Of a stretch of DNA of 64,000 nt, positions 18,258-27,233 are shown piece by piece. Below the pieces are notes generated by a model that was not told the origin of the DNA, made no database searches, and saw only the letters and a program-made list of their open reading frames with translations. Origin of the DNA: Acidimicrobiales bacterium (lineage in GTDB: Bacteria > Actinomycetota > Acidimicrobiia > Acidimicrobiales > SZUA-35); NCBI GenBank assembly GCA_033851875.1, contig JAWSVN010000038.1, positions 2,914-66,913 on the forward strand, written 5' to 3'. Every line of letters starts with the position of its first letter. The first letter of the stretch is position 1. A program made the position numbers and the translations under genes.

Positions 18258-19586
18258 GTGACCGCCGCCCCCGTCGCTGATCCCACCCGCCCGATCGACG
18301 TCGAGGCGCTGCAGCGGCGTTCGGTCGCCGTCCTGTCGCTGAGTTCGGTGGCCGGCCGGGCCTCGATGTCGGCGGCGTTCACCGTCGCCGCCCTCGCCCT
18401 CACCGACATGTGGGACACCGTCGCGTGGGCGGGCCTGTCGACGGTCGCCATCACGATCGGCACGGCGGCGAGTTCGGCCTGGCTGAGCAAGCTGATGGAC
18501 AAGGCCGGCCGACGCTTCGGCTTCCTCGCCGGGTTCGCGGTCGCCGCCGCCGGCACGATCGGTGCGGCCGCTGCCCTCGTCGCGGGATCGATCCCCGCCT
18601 TCCTGGCCGGCCTCGCCGCGGTCGGGATCGGCCAGGCGGCGACCAACCTGTGTCGCTACGGGGCTACCGATCTGGCGGCACCGGGCACCGCGAGCCGGGC
18701 GATCTCGATCGTCGTGTTCGCCTCGGCCTTCGGCGCGGCGGCCGGGCCGCTGATCGTCGGTCCGACCTCGGGCATCGGCGCCGACCGAGGCTGGTCGGAG
18801 TACGTCGGTCCGTTCCTCGGGGGCGCCGTCTTCTACGGGGTCGCGGCCCTGATCGTGGCGCTCCTGCTCCGGCCCGACCCTCTCCTGACCGCCCGCTCGC
18901 TCGCACTGACGACCGGGCCCTCCACTGCCCCCTCCCCCACCGCCGCGACGGCGTCGACGACCGGGCCGCCGCCGCAACGAGCGCTGGCGGCGCTCGTCGC
19001 GACCTCGCCGGGGGCCCTCGGGCTCGGCGGCCTCGTGATCTCCCAGGCCGTGATGGTGATGGTCATGTCGATGACCCCGCTCCACATGGACGCCCACGGC
19101 CACGGAGGCGGCGTCATCGGCCAGGTCATCAGCCTCCACACGGTCGGTATGTTCGCCTTCGCCCCGCTGGCCGGCTGGGCCGCCGACCGGTTCGGCTGTG
19201 AGCGCATGATCGCCGTCGGCGCTGCGGTGCTGGCCGCCGCCACCGCCATCACCGCCCTCGCCGGCGAGGCACCGGCGATCCTCATGTTCCCCGGTCTGTT
19301 CCTGCTCGGACTCGGGTGGAGCTTCGCCATGGTGGCGTCGAGCTCACTGATCAACTCGTCGGTGTCGGAGCAGCATCGAGTCGGTGCGCAGGGCGCCGCC
19401 GACGTGGCCACCTCGATCACCAGCGGGGCGGCGGCGCTCGCCGCTGGTCACGTGTTCGCCATGGAAGGCTTCCACGTCCTCTCGATGATCGGGATCCTCA
19501 CCTCGGGTGCGCTGCTGACGTGGGCGTTCACCCTCGTCGCCCAGTCCCGTGCGGGGCTCAGGTCCGGCGATCCCAGTAGTCGCTGA
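18258..19586 (+). CDS. MFS transporter
   Basis: About 12 TM segments with MFS-like loop motifs (KLMDKAGRRFG). The start is uncertain; in-frame GTG at 18258 was chosen because the track start at 18006 overlaps the upstream gene. Confidence 0.8.
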   Translation: MTAAPVADPTRPIDVEALQRRSVAVLSLSSVAGRASMSAAFTVAALALTDMWDTVAWAGLSTVAITIGTAASSAWLSKLMDKAGRRFGFLAGFAVAAAGTIGAAAALVAGSIPAFLAGLAAVGIGQAATNLCRYGATDLAAPGTASRAISIVVFASAFGAAAGPLIVGPTSGIGADRGWSEYVGPFLGGAVFYGVAALIVALLLRPDPLLTARSLALTTGPSTAPSPTAATASTTGPPPQRALAALVATSPGALGLGGLVISQAVMVMVMSMTPLHMDAHGHGGGVIGQVISLHTVGMFAFAPLAGWAADRFGCERMIAVGAAVLAAATAITALAGEAPAILMFPGLFLLGLGWSFAMVASSSLINSSVSEQHRVGAQGAADVATSITSGAAALAAGHVFAMEGFHVLSMIGILTSGALLTWAFTLVAQSRAGLRSGDPSSR

Positions 19587-20211
19587 CCACCCAGCGCATC
19601 ACCTTGCTGGGCAGGCCGTAGCGATCGACGAGTTCGGCCAGATCGTCGCCGCGGGCGATCTCGTCGAGCACCTCGGGATGAGCGTCGACCAGGTCGTTGC
19701 GCTGCCCGACATACGAGACGGCTCGGGACACCGTGCCGGTGGCGCAGCGCCACTTGTGGGCCACCGCCGACTTCGTCATCCCGCCCTCGACGTCGGCAGC
19801 GAGCGCCCAGTAGTCGTAGGAGGCTCGCTTCCGTCGATCGTGCTTGCGGTCGGCGGCGCGTCGCCGCTGCGTCGGTTCGCTCGCCACGCCGGCGGCCCGC
19901 TGGGCGCCGGCCAACGCCCGCTCGCCCTGGTCGATGGCGGTCACGACCAGACCGTTGTCACCCGCCCGGCGTGCGGCTTCACGCACGAAGTGCCACAGCC
20001 GATGGGCGGCTTCGAAGTGGTCCCGTTCGGTGGCCGAGAGCGCTGCTCGACGAAGGTCGCCGAGGACCAGTACTCCGTCCGGCCTGGCGAGCTCGATCTC
20101 GAGTTCGATGCCCTCGGTCTCGATCGAATCGTCGAGGGGCTCGAGCACGACGGTGCCCAGGGCTCCGCGATCGCGTTCGACGGTCGGCGGGATGAGGGAG
20201 TCGCTCTCCAT
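19558..20211 (-). CDS. Hypothetical protein with C-terminal HTH-like segment
   Basis: Trimmed to ATG 20211. MTKSAVAHKWRCATGTVSRAV looks like a helix-turn-helix. It is divergent from the AAA+ gene. Its 3' end overlaps the MFS gene convergently by 29 nt. Confidence 0.45.
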   Translation of the reverse strand: MESDSLIPPTVERDRGALGTVVLEPLDDSIETEGIELEIELARPDGVLVLGDLRRAALSATERDHFEAAHRLWHFVREAARRAGDNGLVVTAIDQGERALAGAQRAAGVASEPTQRRRAADRKHDRRKRASYDYWALAADVEGGMTKSAVAHKWRCATGTVSRAVSYVGQRNDLVDAHPEVLDEIARGDDLAELVDRYGLPSKVMRWVVSDYWDRRT

Positions 20212-20330
20212 GCAGTTGTCATCGGACGCTCGCACGTCGACCTGAGCGACAATCCGTGGCCGTCAGCGACCTTGGAGGTCGGGCGACAAGAAATTGCTCG
20301 CGGCCTATCCAGAACACCGACCACGTGCCG

Positions 20331-21743
20331 ATGGAGCCACGTATGCAGCCGGACTTCACCGCCGCCGAAGCCGACTTCCCGCGCGCACCATCGAAAGCCG
20401 AGGACCTGGGGATTCCCATCGCCCTCGTCGAGGATTTGATCCTCCGCCGACTCCTCCTGGAGCGGGTGTCGAGTGTGCACGGGCTGTCGGCCGCGCTCGG
20501 CCTGCAGGCCGGCATCGTGCAGAACCTCTCCGACTCCCTGCGCGACCGTCACCTGCTCGAGTACCAGGGCATGGACGGTCGCGACTATCGGATCGGCCTC
20601 ACCGAGCAGGGCAGCCGTCTCGCCAACGAGCGGATGCAGACCTCGACCTACGCCTCGTTCGCCCCCGTCGGGTTGGCCGAGTACACGCGGGTGGTGTGGT
20701 CGCAGAAGGCCGACGTCCTCATCGATCGCGAGACGATCCGCACCGCGTTCGGCGACCTGGTCGTGGCCGACGAGATGCTCGACCAACTCGGTCCGGCCTT
20801 CATGAACGACGGCGCCATCTTCCTCTACGGCCCGCCGGGCACCGGTAAGACCAGCCTCGCCGAGCGCATGGCCCGGATCTACCACGACAAGATCCTCGTG
20901 CCCCGGGTGGTCGAGGCCGACGGCCAGATCATCAGCGTGATGGACCCGTCGATCCACAAGATCGCCGCCGAGCAGCCGCCGGGCCTCGACCCGCGCTGGG
21001 TGCTCTGCGAGCGGCCGATCGTGATCGTCGGCGGTGAGCTCACGATGACGATGCTCGACCTCGACTTCGACCCGACGTCGAAGATCTACTCGGCCCCGAT
21101 CCAGATGCAGGCCAACAACGGCATCCTGGTGGTCGACGACTTCGGACGTCAGCTGATGACGCCAGCCGAGCTGCTCAACCGCTGGATCGTGCCGCTGTCT
21201 CGCAGCATCGACTTCCTGAAGCTGTCCAACGGCACGAAGTTCACGGTGCCCTTCGAACTCAAGCTCGTCGCCTCGACCAACCTCGACCCCCACGAGTTGG
21301 GCGACGACGCGTTCTTGCGACGCCTGAAGAACAAGGTGTTCGTCGGGCCGATCACCGAGAACGCCTTCAACTGGATCCTCGTGCGCGCCGCCCAGGCCCA
21401 CGGCATCGAGGTCACCGCCGATGCGGCCCAGCACCTGCGCAACGTCGCAGTGAAGAACATCGGCGAGCTCCGTCCGTATGTGGCGATCGACTTCCTCGAG
21501 ATGATGAAGGGCATCGCCGCCTACGAGGGCCTGCCCCGCCAGCTCGACCGGGCCATGATCGATCGGGTGGCCCAGGTCTATTTCTTCAGCGAGGACAGCG
21601 GCGCGGCCACCCCGGCCGTGGCGCCATCCGACACCTCGCCGGCTGCTCAGCCCCCGGCGGCCCAACATGTGCCGACGCCAGCGCCGACCGCTCAGGCGCC
21701 GGCGACGCCGGCTCCCCGGCCGGTGGCACTGCCGACACAGTGA
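20331..21743 (+). CDS. AAA+ ATPase with N-terminal winged-helix-like domain
   Basis: Trimmed to ATG 20331. Walker A YGPPGTGKTS, Walker B ILVVDDFG, sensor-1 VASTN, FLRRL arginine. The N-terminal IVQNLSDSLRDRHLLEYQGMDGRDYRIGLTEQG is MarR/wHTH-like. There is a Pro/Ala-rich C-terminal tail. Confidence 0.8.
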   Translation: MEPRMQPDFTAAEADFPRAPSKAEDLGIPIALVEDLILRRLLLERVSSVHGLSAALGLQAGIVQNLSDSLRDRHLLEYQGMDGRDYRIGLTEQGSRLANERMQTSTYASFAPVGLAEYTRVVWSQKADVLIDRETIRTAFGDLVVADEMLDQLGPAFMNDGAIFLYGPPGTGKTSLAERMARIYHDKILVPRVVEADGQIISVMDPSIHKIAAEQPPGLDPRWVLCERPIVIVGGELTMTMLDLDFDPTSKIYSAPIQMQANNGILVVDDFGRQLMTPAELLNRWIVPLSRSIDFLKLSNGTKFTVPFELKLVASTNLDPHELGDDAFLRRLKNKVFVGPITENAFNWILVRAAQAHGIEVTADAAQHLRNVAVKNIGELRPYVAIDFLEMMKGIAAYEGLPRQLDRAMIDRVAQVYFFSEDSGAATPAVAPSDTSPAAQPPAAQHVPTPAPTAQAPATPAPRPVALPTQ

Positions 21744-21892
21744 CCGAGCTGCTCGTCGGCATCGACGAGGGCCCCACAGTTCCGACATCGTCGAACGTCT
21801 CGGCCTGAGGGGTCGAGCACCGGGGTGAGCAGACGCCGGTCGCGCGCACTGGCGGTCATCGAACAGGTGGGGCAGTGGAGATAGCGGGGCAT
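21692..21892 (-). CDS. Small 4-Cys zinc-ribbon protein (hypothetical)
   Basis: 66 aa from ATG 21892: MPRYLHCPTC...RRCRNCGALV (CxxC...CxxC). It overlaps the AAA+ gene convergently by 52 nt, so the call is weak. Confidence 0.35.
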   Translation of the reverse strand: MPRYLHCPTCSMTASARDRRLLTPVLDPSGRDVRRCRNCGALVDADEQLGHCVGSATGRGAGVAGA

Positions 21893-21960
21893 GACTGGTC
21901 CTCGGCGAACACTCCGGCCCACCACCACTGTACGCGCGCCAGACACTACCGTGGGCCACC

Positions 21961-22947
21961 ATGTCGGATGTCATCGTCACGATCGACGACGCCATCGACG
22001 AGTTCTTCCTGGCTCGCCGACCGAAGAAGCACTCCCAACACACCCTCGCGGCCTACCGTCGCGACCTCGAGACGATCGTCCGCCAACTCGAAGAGGTGGC
22101 CGAGACGAGCCGTTCGGAGCTGCGGGTCGACGCCCTCGACGTTCGGACGATGCGGCGCGGCTTCGCCGGCATCTCCCACCAATCGGCGGCGACGATCTCG
22201 CGCACCTGGTCGACCTGGAACCAGCTCTTCACCTTCCTCGTGGCCGAGGGTGCGCTGCCGGGCAACCCGATGGCGGCCGTCGAGAAACCGCGGGTCCCCA
22301 AGAGCCGGCCGAAGGCGATCACCGGCGACGACAGCGTCCGACGTCTCCTGGCGGCGGCGGCGACCGAAGGCCCGACGGTGCGCAACCCGTGGCCCGAGCG
22401 CGACCTGGCGGTCGTGGTCACCCTGATCACCTGCGGGCTCCGACTGTCCGAGCTGCTCGATCTCACGATCCGCTCGATGGACGGGCCCGCCGGCGAGCGG
22501 GTGCTCGGCGTGCGGGGCAAGGGCCGCAAGGAACGCACGGTGCCTCTCGAGCCGGAGGTCGAGGCGATCATCCAGGGCTACCTGGAGTCGCGCCTGCGTC
22601 GTTTCCCGGGCCGGATCGCGGCGGACGCCGCCCTGTTCGTGGCCAACTCCGGTGAACCGATGCGTCGGGGTGCCCTCCAGTACCTGATCGACCGCCTCTA
22701 CCGGGAGGCCGGGATCCGGACCCGGGTGCCCGAGGGCGCCCTCGTGCACGCCCTGCGCCACACCTTCGCCACCAGCCTGGCCCGCAACGGCGCCACGGGC
22801 ACCGAACTGCAGCGTCTGCTCGGCCACGAGTCGCTCGCCACGACGCAGCGCTACGTCGATGCCACGGCCCGAGAGGTTCGGGCCGCGGCCCGCTCCAACG
22901 ACGCCTATCGAGCCCTCGAGACCCTCGACGCGGGCACCTCCACCTGA
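21961..22947 (+). CDS. Tyrosine site-specific recombinase (XerC/XerD-like integrase family)
   Basis: 328 aa. N-terminal SAM-like core-binding domain (TLAAYRRDLE). Catalytic residues in context: GLRLSEL, HALRHTFAT, LGHESLATTQRYV. Confidence 0.9.
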   Translation: MSDVIVTIDDAIDEFFLARRPKKHSQHTLAAYRRDLETIVRQLEEVAETSRSELRVDALDVRTMRRGFAGISHQSAATISRTWSTWNQLFTFLVAEGALPGNPMAAVEKPRVPKSRPKAITGDDSVRRLLAAAATEGPTVRNPWPERDLAVVVTLITCGLRLSELLDLTIRSMDGPAGERVLGVRGKGRKERTVPLEPEVEAIIQGYLESRLRRFPGRIAADAALFVANSGEPMRRGALQYLIDRLYREAGIRTRVPEGALVHALRHTFATSLARNGATGTELQRLLGHESLATTQRYVDATAREVRAAARSNDAYRALETLDAGTST

Positions 22948-23063
22948 CCGAAGGGGCGCCCACCCAATTAGTGTGGTCGGCCTGGGTTGTGGTCGCTCCC
23001 CTGGCGACGGCAACCTTGCCTGCGGCTTGTGCGCCCCCGCACCCACTCACCGAGGACTCACCC

Positions 23064-24617
23064 ATGTCTCGACGTATCGATATCGAACTCACCAGTGACC
23101 GCGACGACGGCACCTGGACCTGGCGAGCAGCCGGGGCACGAGAGCCCAAGGGGGTGTTGGAGGCGTCGGTGCTCTACGACGGCGCCGCCGTGGGCGACGT
23201 CTGCAAGGCCGAAGCCGAGTTCCTGATCGACGGGATCGAGGTGACCCAGACCTTCGCTCCGAAGAAGAAGAAGGACCGCGGCCAAGACCTCCTCGAGATG
23301 GTGAGTCGTCCGGTGCCCGACAGCGAGCTCGTCACCGAGGTCCGGGCTCCCAAGGGTCGTGGCGGACGTCGCGGCGACCGTGGGGAGCGTCGAGGCCGCC
23401 GAGACGAGCGGGGTGACCGGGGCGATCGTGGCAACCGCGGCGATCGCGGTCCTCGCCGCGAGCGCTCCGAGCGCAGCGAGGCCCCGCAGCGCCCCAAGGC
23501 GAAGCGTCTCCGCCCCAAGCGCGTCCACCGCGACGCCGTCCTGGCGGAGGTACCCGAGGAGCACCGCCCCATCGCCGATCAGCTCCTGCAGGGCGGCCTC
23601 CCCGCCGTGCGGCAGGCGATCGAGAAGCAGAACGCCGAGGCCAAGGCAGCCGAGAAGCCCGAGGTGCCCGTCGACACCGTGATGTCGATCGCCGAGCCTC
23701 TCGCTCCTCGTCTGCGCACCGCCGAGTGGCACGACAAGGCCGACGCGGCCCTCGCAGACCTCGACGAGCTCGACCTCCGCGACCTCCGCTCGGTCGTCGG
23801 TGCCGCCGACGCCAACGCTCGCTCCGACGAGCTGCGGACCCTGGCCGACCAGCTCCGTGAAGGGCTCAACACCCGGGTCGAGGCCGATCACGCCGCCTGG
23901 TCCTCCGACCTCGAGGCCGCCGTCAAGGAAGGCCGCACCGTGCGGGCCCTCCGACTCAGCTCCCGCCCGGTGAAGGCCGGCAGCCCGCTGCCGCCCGAGC
24001 TGGCCCAGCAGCTGGCCGCCGCCACCAGCGCGGCATTGGCCGGCGACATCGCGCAGGACCGCTGGGCGACCGTCGTCGACGCCATGGCCTACTCGCCGAT
24101 CCGCAACGCGGTCGCCCCAGCCGGCTACCCGGCAGAGCCCAGCGAGGAGCTCCTCGAAGCCGTGCGCCGGGTCGCCGATCGCGTCCCCGCGATCGCCGCC
24201 CACTTCAACATCGATCCGAGCGAGGCGGCCAAGGCCAAGCGTCGCCGTCCCAAGCGCAACGCCAAGGGTGCCGCGAAGGGTGGCGCCAAGGGCGAGCGCG
24301 GTGAGCGCGGCGAGCGCTCCGGCGGACGGAACGAGCGCTCCGGCGGACGGAACGAGCGTGCCGGCGGTCGTGGCCGTGGCCGCGACGCCGACGTGCCGAA
24401 GCAGAAGCGTCAGCGCGATCTCCCGCCGGTGCCCGGCGCCGAGCCCAAGCCCGACCCCGAGGCAGAGGCCGCTGCGGCTGCCGCAGAGGCGGAAGCGACC
24501 GAGGCAGCAACGACCGAGACCACCGAGGCGACGACCGACGCCCCGGAGAGCACCGACGCTCCCGACGCCGCCGAGGCGACCGAGAGCGCCGACGCTCCGG
24601 AGCCCGGCGACGACTGA
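23064..24617 (+). CDS. Conserved hypothetical protein with Arg/Gly/Asp/Glu-rich low-complexity blocks
   Basis: Trimmed to ATG 23064 (MSRRIDIELTSDRDDGTWTWRAAG). Two RG/ER-rich tracts and an acidic Ala/Thr/Glu tail. The antisense 722-aa ORF was rejected. Confidence 0.7.
   Translation: MSRRIDIELTSDRDDGTWTWRAAGAREPKGVLEASVLYDGAAVGDVCKAEAEFLIDGIEVTQTFAPKKKKDRGQDLLEMVSRPVPDSELVTEVRAPKGRGGRRGDRGERRGRRDERGDRGDRGNRGDRGPRRERSERSEAPQRPKAKRLRPKRVHRDAVLAEVPEEHRPIADQLLQGGLPAVRQAIEKQNAEAKAAEKPEVPVDTVMSIAEPLAPRLRTAEWHDKADAALADLDELDLRDLRSVVGAADANARSDELRTLADQLREGLNTRVEADHAAWSSDLEAAVKEGRTVRALRLSSRPVKAGSPLPPELAQQLAAATSAALAGDIAQDRWATVVDAMAYSPIRNAVAPAGYPAEPSEELLEAVRRVADRVPAIAAHFNIDPSEAAKAKRRRPKRNAKGAAKGGAKGERGERGERSGGRNERSGGRNERAGGRGRGRDADVPKQKRQRDLPPVPGAEPKPDPEAEAAAAAAEAEATEAATTETTEATTDAPESTDAPDAAEATESADAPEPGDD
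24312..24370. repeat. 21-bp tandem repeat (about 2.8 units) inside CDS 23064..24617
   Basis: gagcgctccggcggacggaac occurs twice perfectly (24312-24332, 24333-24353), followed by a diverged partial unit. It encodes ERSGGRN ERSGGRN ERAGGRG. Confidence 0.9.
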
Positions 24618-24656
24618 CCGCTCGGCCCCGCCGGGGATCAACAGCACTTCGCCCTC

Positions 24657-24685
24657 ATGGCCGCATCCACCTAGGGTGCGGCCAT
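24657..24685 (+). terminator. Stem-loop (9-bp arms ATGGCCGCA / TGCGGCCAT, 11-nt loop): possible terminator of the upstream gene, or structure occluding the echA-like start
   Basis: A perfect inverted repeat read directly from the sequence. It lies 40 nt after the stop at 24617, and the right arm includes the first two nt of the ATG at 24684. There is no U-tract. Confidence 0.3.
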
Positions 24686-25487
24686 GAGTGATTCTGCAAC
24701 CGAGACCTCCGCTGCTTCCCCCGAGGTCGTCCGCTTCGAGGCGCGCGGCCGGGTGGCCGTGATCACCCTCGACCGTCCGGCGCAACGCAACGCCGTCAAC
24801 GGCGCACTCGCGGCCGGCCTCGAAGCCGCCGTCGATCGGCTGGAGGAGGACGACGCGCTGTGGCTCGGCGTGATCGTCGGCAACGGAAGGGTTTTCTGCG
24901 CCGGCGCCGATCTGAAGGCGGTCGCTGCCGGAGAGGGCAACACCCTCGGGACCGAACGTGGCGGGTTCGCTGGCTTCGTGGCCAGGGAGCGCACCAAGCC
25001 GATCATCGCCGCCTGCGACGGGCCGGCCCTCGCCGGAGGCTGCGAGATCGCACTGGCCTGCGACCTGATCGTCGCCTCGACCGAGTCCTACTTCGCGGTG
25101 CCCGAGGTGAAGCGGTCGCTGGCCGCCGCCGCCGGCGGCCTGTTCCGCCTGCCGCAGGTGCTCCCCCGCAACGTCGCCACCGAGATGATCCTCACCGGCG
25201 ATCCCGTGCCCGCCGAGCGAGCCCACGCCCTGGGCATGGTCAACCGGCTCTGCGAGCCGGGTGATGCCCTCGACACCGCCCTGGGTCTCGCCGAACAGAT
25301 CGCCGTCAATGCCCCGCTCGCGGTACGTGAGAGCCTCGCTGTCACGAAGGAAGCCAAGGGCCTCGACGACGCTGCGGCGTTCGACCGGTCGAACGAGGCG
25401 ATGCGGCGCCTGGCCCGCACCGACGACTTCGCCGAGGGGCCTCGTGCCTTCATCGAGAAGCGCGCCCCCGAGTGGAAGGGTCGCTGA
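24684..25487 (+). CDS. Enoyl-CoA hydratase/isomerase (crotonase) family
   Basis: 267 aa. VAVITLDRPAQRNAV, FCAGADLK and GGGCEIALACD are crotonase oxyanion-hole motifs. Confidence 0.9.
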   Translation: MSDSATETSAASPEVVRFEARGRVAVITLDRPAQRNAVNGALAAGLEAAVDRLEEDDALWLGVIVGNGRVFCAGADLKAVAAGEGNTLGTERGGFAGFVARERTKPIIAACDGPALAGGCEIALACDLIVASTESYFAVPEVKRSLAAAAGGLFRLPQVLPRNVATEMILTGDPVPAERAHALGMVNRLCEPGDALDTALGLAEQIAVNAPLAVRESLAVTKEAKGLDDAAAFDRSNEAMRRLARTDDFAEGPRAFIEKRAPEWKGR

Positions 25488-25490
25488 CGC

Positions 25491-25997
25491 TCAGAAGCGG
25501 TGATGCACGACGAGGAGCCGGGCCTTCAGCCCGAAACTCTCGAAGAAGTTCTTGGTGTTGCGATCACCCGGCAGCGCCACGGCGTCGACGCCGAGACACC
25601 CCGCAGCCTTGGCGGAAGCCACCACCTCGTTCATCATCGTTTCGCCGATGCCGAGCTTGCGGGCCTCGGCGTCGACGAGGAGGTCGTCGATGACCGCCAG
25701 CAGGCCGCCGTCGTCGAGGGGTTCGAACCGGGCGGCGGCGTAGCCGAAGGGCACCTCGTCGAACGTCCCGATGACCACGACGGCGTCGTCGGCGGCCACG
25801 AGCCCGGCGAGACGCTCGGCGCTGCGAAGCGAGGGCATGCCGTGGCGGAGGAGCAGCTCGGCGCCGCGGTCCTCCGCGATTGCCTCGGCGTGAGCGCTCG
25901 CCAGCCCGATCATGAAAGGGACATCGTCGGCGGTGGCGGCACGAACGCCTTCGAAGGGGCCGACGACGCCCGACGGTTCGAGGAACGTGTCGGTCAT
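25491..25997 (-). CDS. GNAT-family acetyltransferase
   Basis: 168 aa. ARKLGIGETMMNEVVASAKAAGC and FFESFGL fit GNAT motifs A and B. ATGA overlap with the upstream ORF. Confidence 0.75.
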   Translation of the reverse strand: MTDTFLEPSGVVGPFEGVRAATADDVPFMIGLASAHAEAIAEDRGAELLLRHGMPSLRSAERLAGLVAADDAVVVIGTFDEVPFGYAAARFEPLDDGGLLAVIDDLLVDAEARKLGIGETMMNEVVASAKAAGCLGVDAVALPGDRNTKNFFESFGLKARLLVVHHRF

Positions 25998-26566
25998 TCG
26001 GCGAGAAGGCCGTCGATCTTGGCCAACACGGTCTTGCGGTGCCGGTTGGCCGCCTCGAAGGCCCGGATCGTCTCGAGTTCGTCCGGGTCGAGCTCGGACA
26101 ACAGGCCGACGATCTCGCGGGCCTTGAGTTCGGCGTAGCCCGCGATCGGGAGCGTGTCGGCGTCGGGGACGGCGGCTTCCGAGGCGGCGGCCGGGGTCGC
26201 AGCGGCGGCTGCCTCGGGCTCCGGAGCGGCGCCCTCGCCGGGCGCTGCCTCGGCCGGTGCTGCCTCGCCGGGCGCTGCCTCGGCGACATCATCCGGGGCG
26301 AGCCCGACCCGCTGACCCACCTCGGTGATGCAGCGAGCGAGAGCGGCGGCAAGGTCGGTGACGGCGGCGTCGACGCCCTGCTGTGCCCCGCTCGCGCCCT
26401 GGCGAGCCGCCATCTGAGCCATCACCTTGGCCAGCTGGGTCTGGCTCCGACCCCGTTTGACGATTTTGTCCATCACGTCGGGGTACTCGTAGAGCAGCCC
26501 GATCGGGGCGTAGACGAAGAGGTCTACCAACTGCTCGATCGGCGGCTTCTGCGCTTCGTCGGCCAT
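25994..26566 (-). CDS. Conserved hypothetical protein
   Basis: 190 aa, ATG start. Ala/Pro-rich middle. C-terminal IAGYAELKAREIVGLLSELDPDELETIRAFE is helical. Protein-like composition, and it is translationally coupled to the GNAT gene. Confidence 0.6.
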   Translation of the reverse strand: MADEAQKPPIEQLVDLFVYAPIGLLYEYPDVMDKIVKRGRSQTQLAKVMAQMAARQGASGAQQGVDAAVTDLAAALARCITEVGQRVGLAPDDVAEAAPGEAAPAEAAPGEGAAPEPEAAAAATPAAASEAAVPDADTLPIAGYAELKAREIVGLLSELDPDELETIRAFEAANRHRKTVLAKIDGLLAE

Positions 26567-26624
26567 GGTTCAGCCTCTCGGGATGGTGGATCGCTACCGG
26601 GGCGCCTCGAGGAGCGCCACCGGA

Positions 26625-27089
26625 TCAGAGGGGTTGGTGCGGTTCGATGCCGTCACCCATCGGGCAGGCGACATCGCGCTGCCCCCGACCGATCGGCAGG
26701 AAACACAGCGAACAGACGAACGTGTCGCCGACTTTGGTCGACGCCGCGTTCGACGAGCCCGACTCGTCGTCGTCCTCGTCGTCCTCATCATCGTCGGCCG
26801 TAGCCATACGGACTTTGAGGATCTCCTCCAGATCGGCCTCGACATCGTCGGGGTCGTCGTCCTCGTCCTCGTCCTCGTCTTCAGCGTCGACTCGGCGGGC
26901 CCGGGGGCGGGCCTCTTCCTCGTCGTCGTCGTCGCCTTCTTCGTCGTCGTCCTCGTCGCTGAGTTCGCCGCCGAAGTCGTCGCCAATTTCGTCGTCGAGG
27001 TCGTCGTCCTCGAGGTCGTCGGGATCGACCTCGTCGTCCATCTCCTCTTCGTCTTCGAGGAGTTCGTCGTTGAGTTCTTCGTCGCTCAT
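26625..27089 (-). CDS. DUF4193-family protein (extremely acidic N-terminus, Cys-containing C-terminus)
   Basis: Trimmed to ATG 27089 (MSDEELNDELLEDEEE...). The C-terminal FVCSLCFLPIGRGQ...CPMG matches the DUF4193 pattern as I recall it. Confidence 0.75.
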   Translation of the reverse strand: MSDEELNDELLEDEEEMDDEVDPDDLEDDDLDDEIGDDFGGELSDEDDDEEGDDDDEEEARPRARRVDAEDEDEDEDDDPDDVEADLEEILKVRMATADDDEDDEDDDESGSSNAASTKVGDTFVCSLCFLPIGRGQRDVACPMGDGIEPHQPL

Positions 27090-27233
27090 TGGCTTCTTCG
27101 GTCCCGTACCAGTTCGTCGATTCGGCCGGACTCTACACAGGCCGAGCTGCGCCGCGTGGCACCCCACCAACAATCTCGGCCGGAGAGGTGTGACCTCCCT
27201 CACTCCGAGACCGGTTCTGGTCCGGTCAGCGGG

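Noticed and set aside
19941-22043. 700-aa minus-strand ORF spanning the AAA+ ATPase locus. Similar giants are 23058..25226 (-), 26565..28286 (+), 28247..29962 (+), 39570..41675 (+), 50404..52758 (+) and 52776..54824 (+).
   Set aside because: Each lies antisense to a gene with clear family motifs (AAA+, LysM-SLT/ThyX, PafA/PrcA, ARC, oligopeptidase B). They have Arg/Gly/Pro/His/Asp-heavy composition typical of shadow frames in high-GC DNA, and no motifs I recognise.
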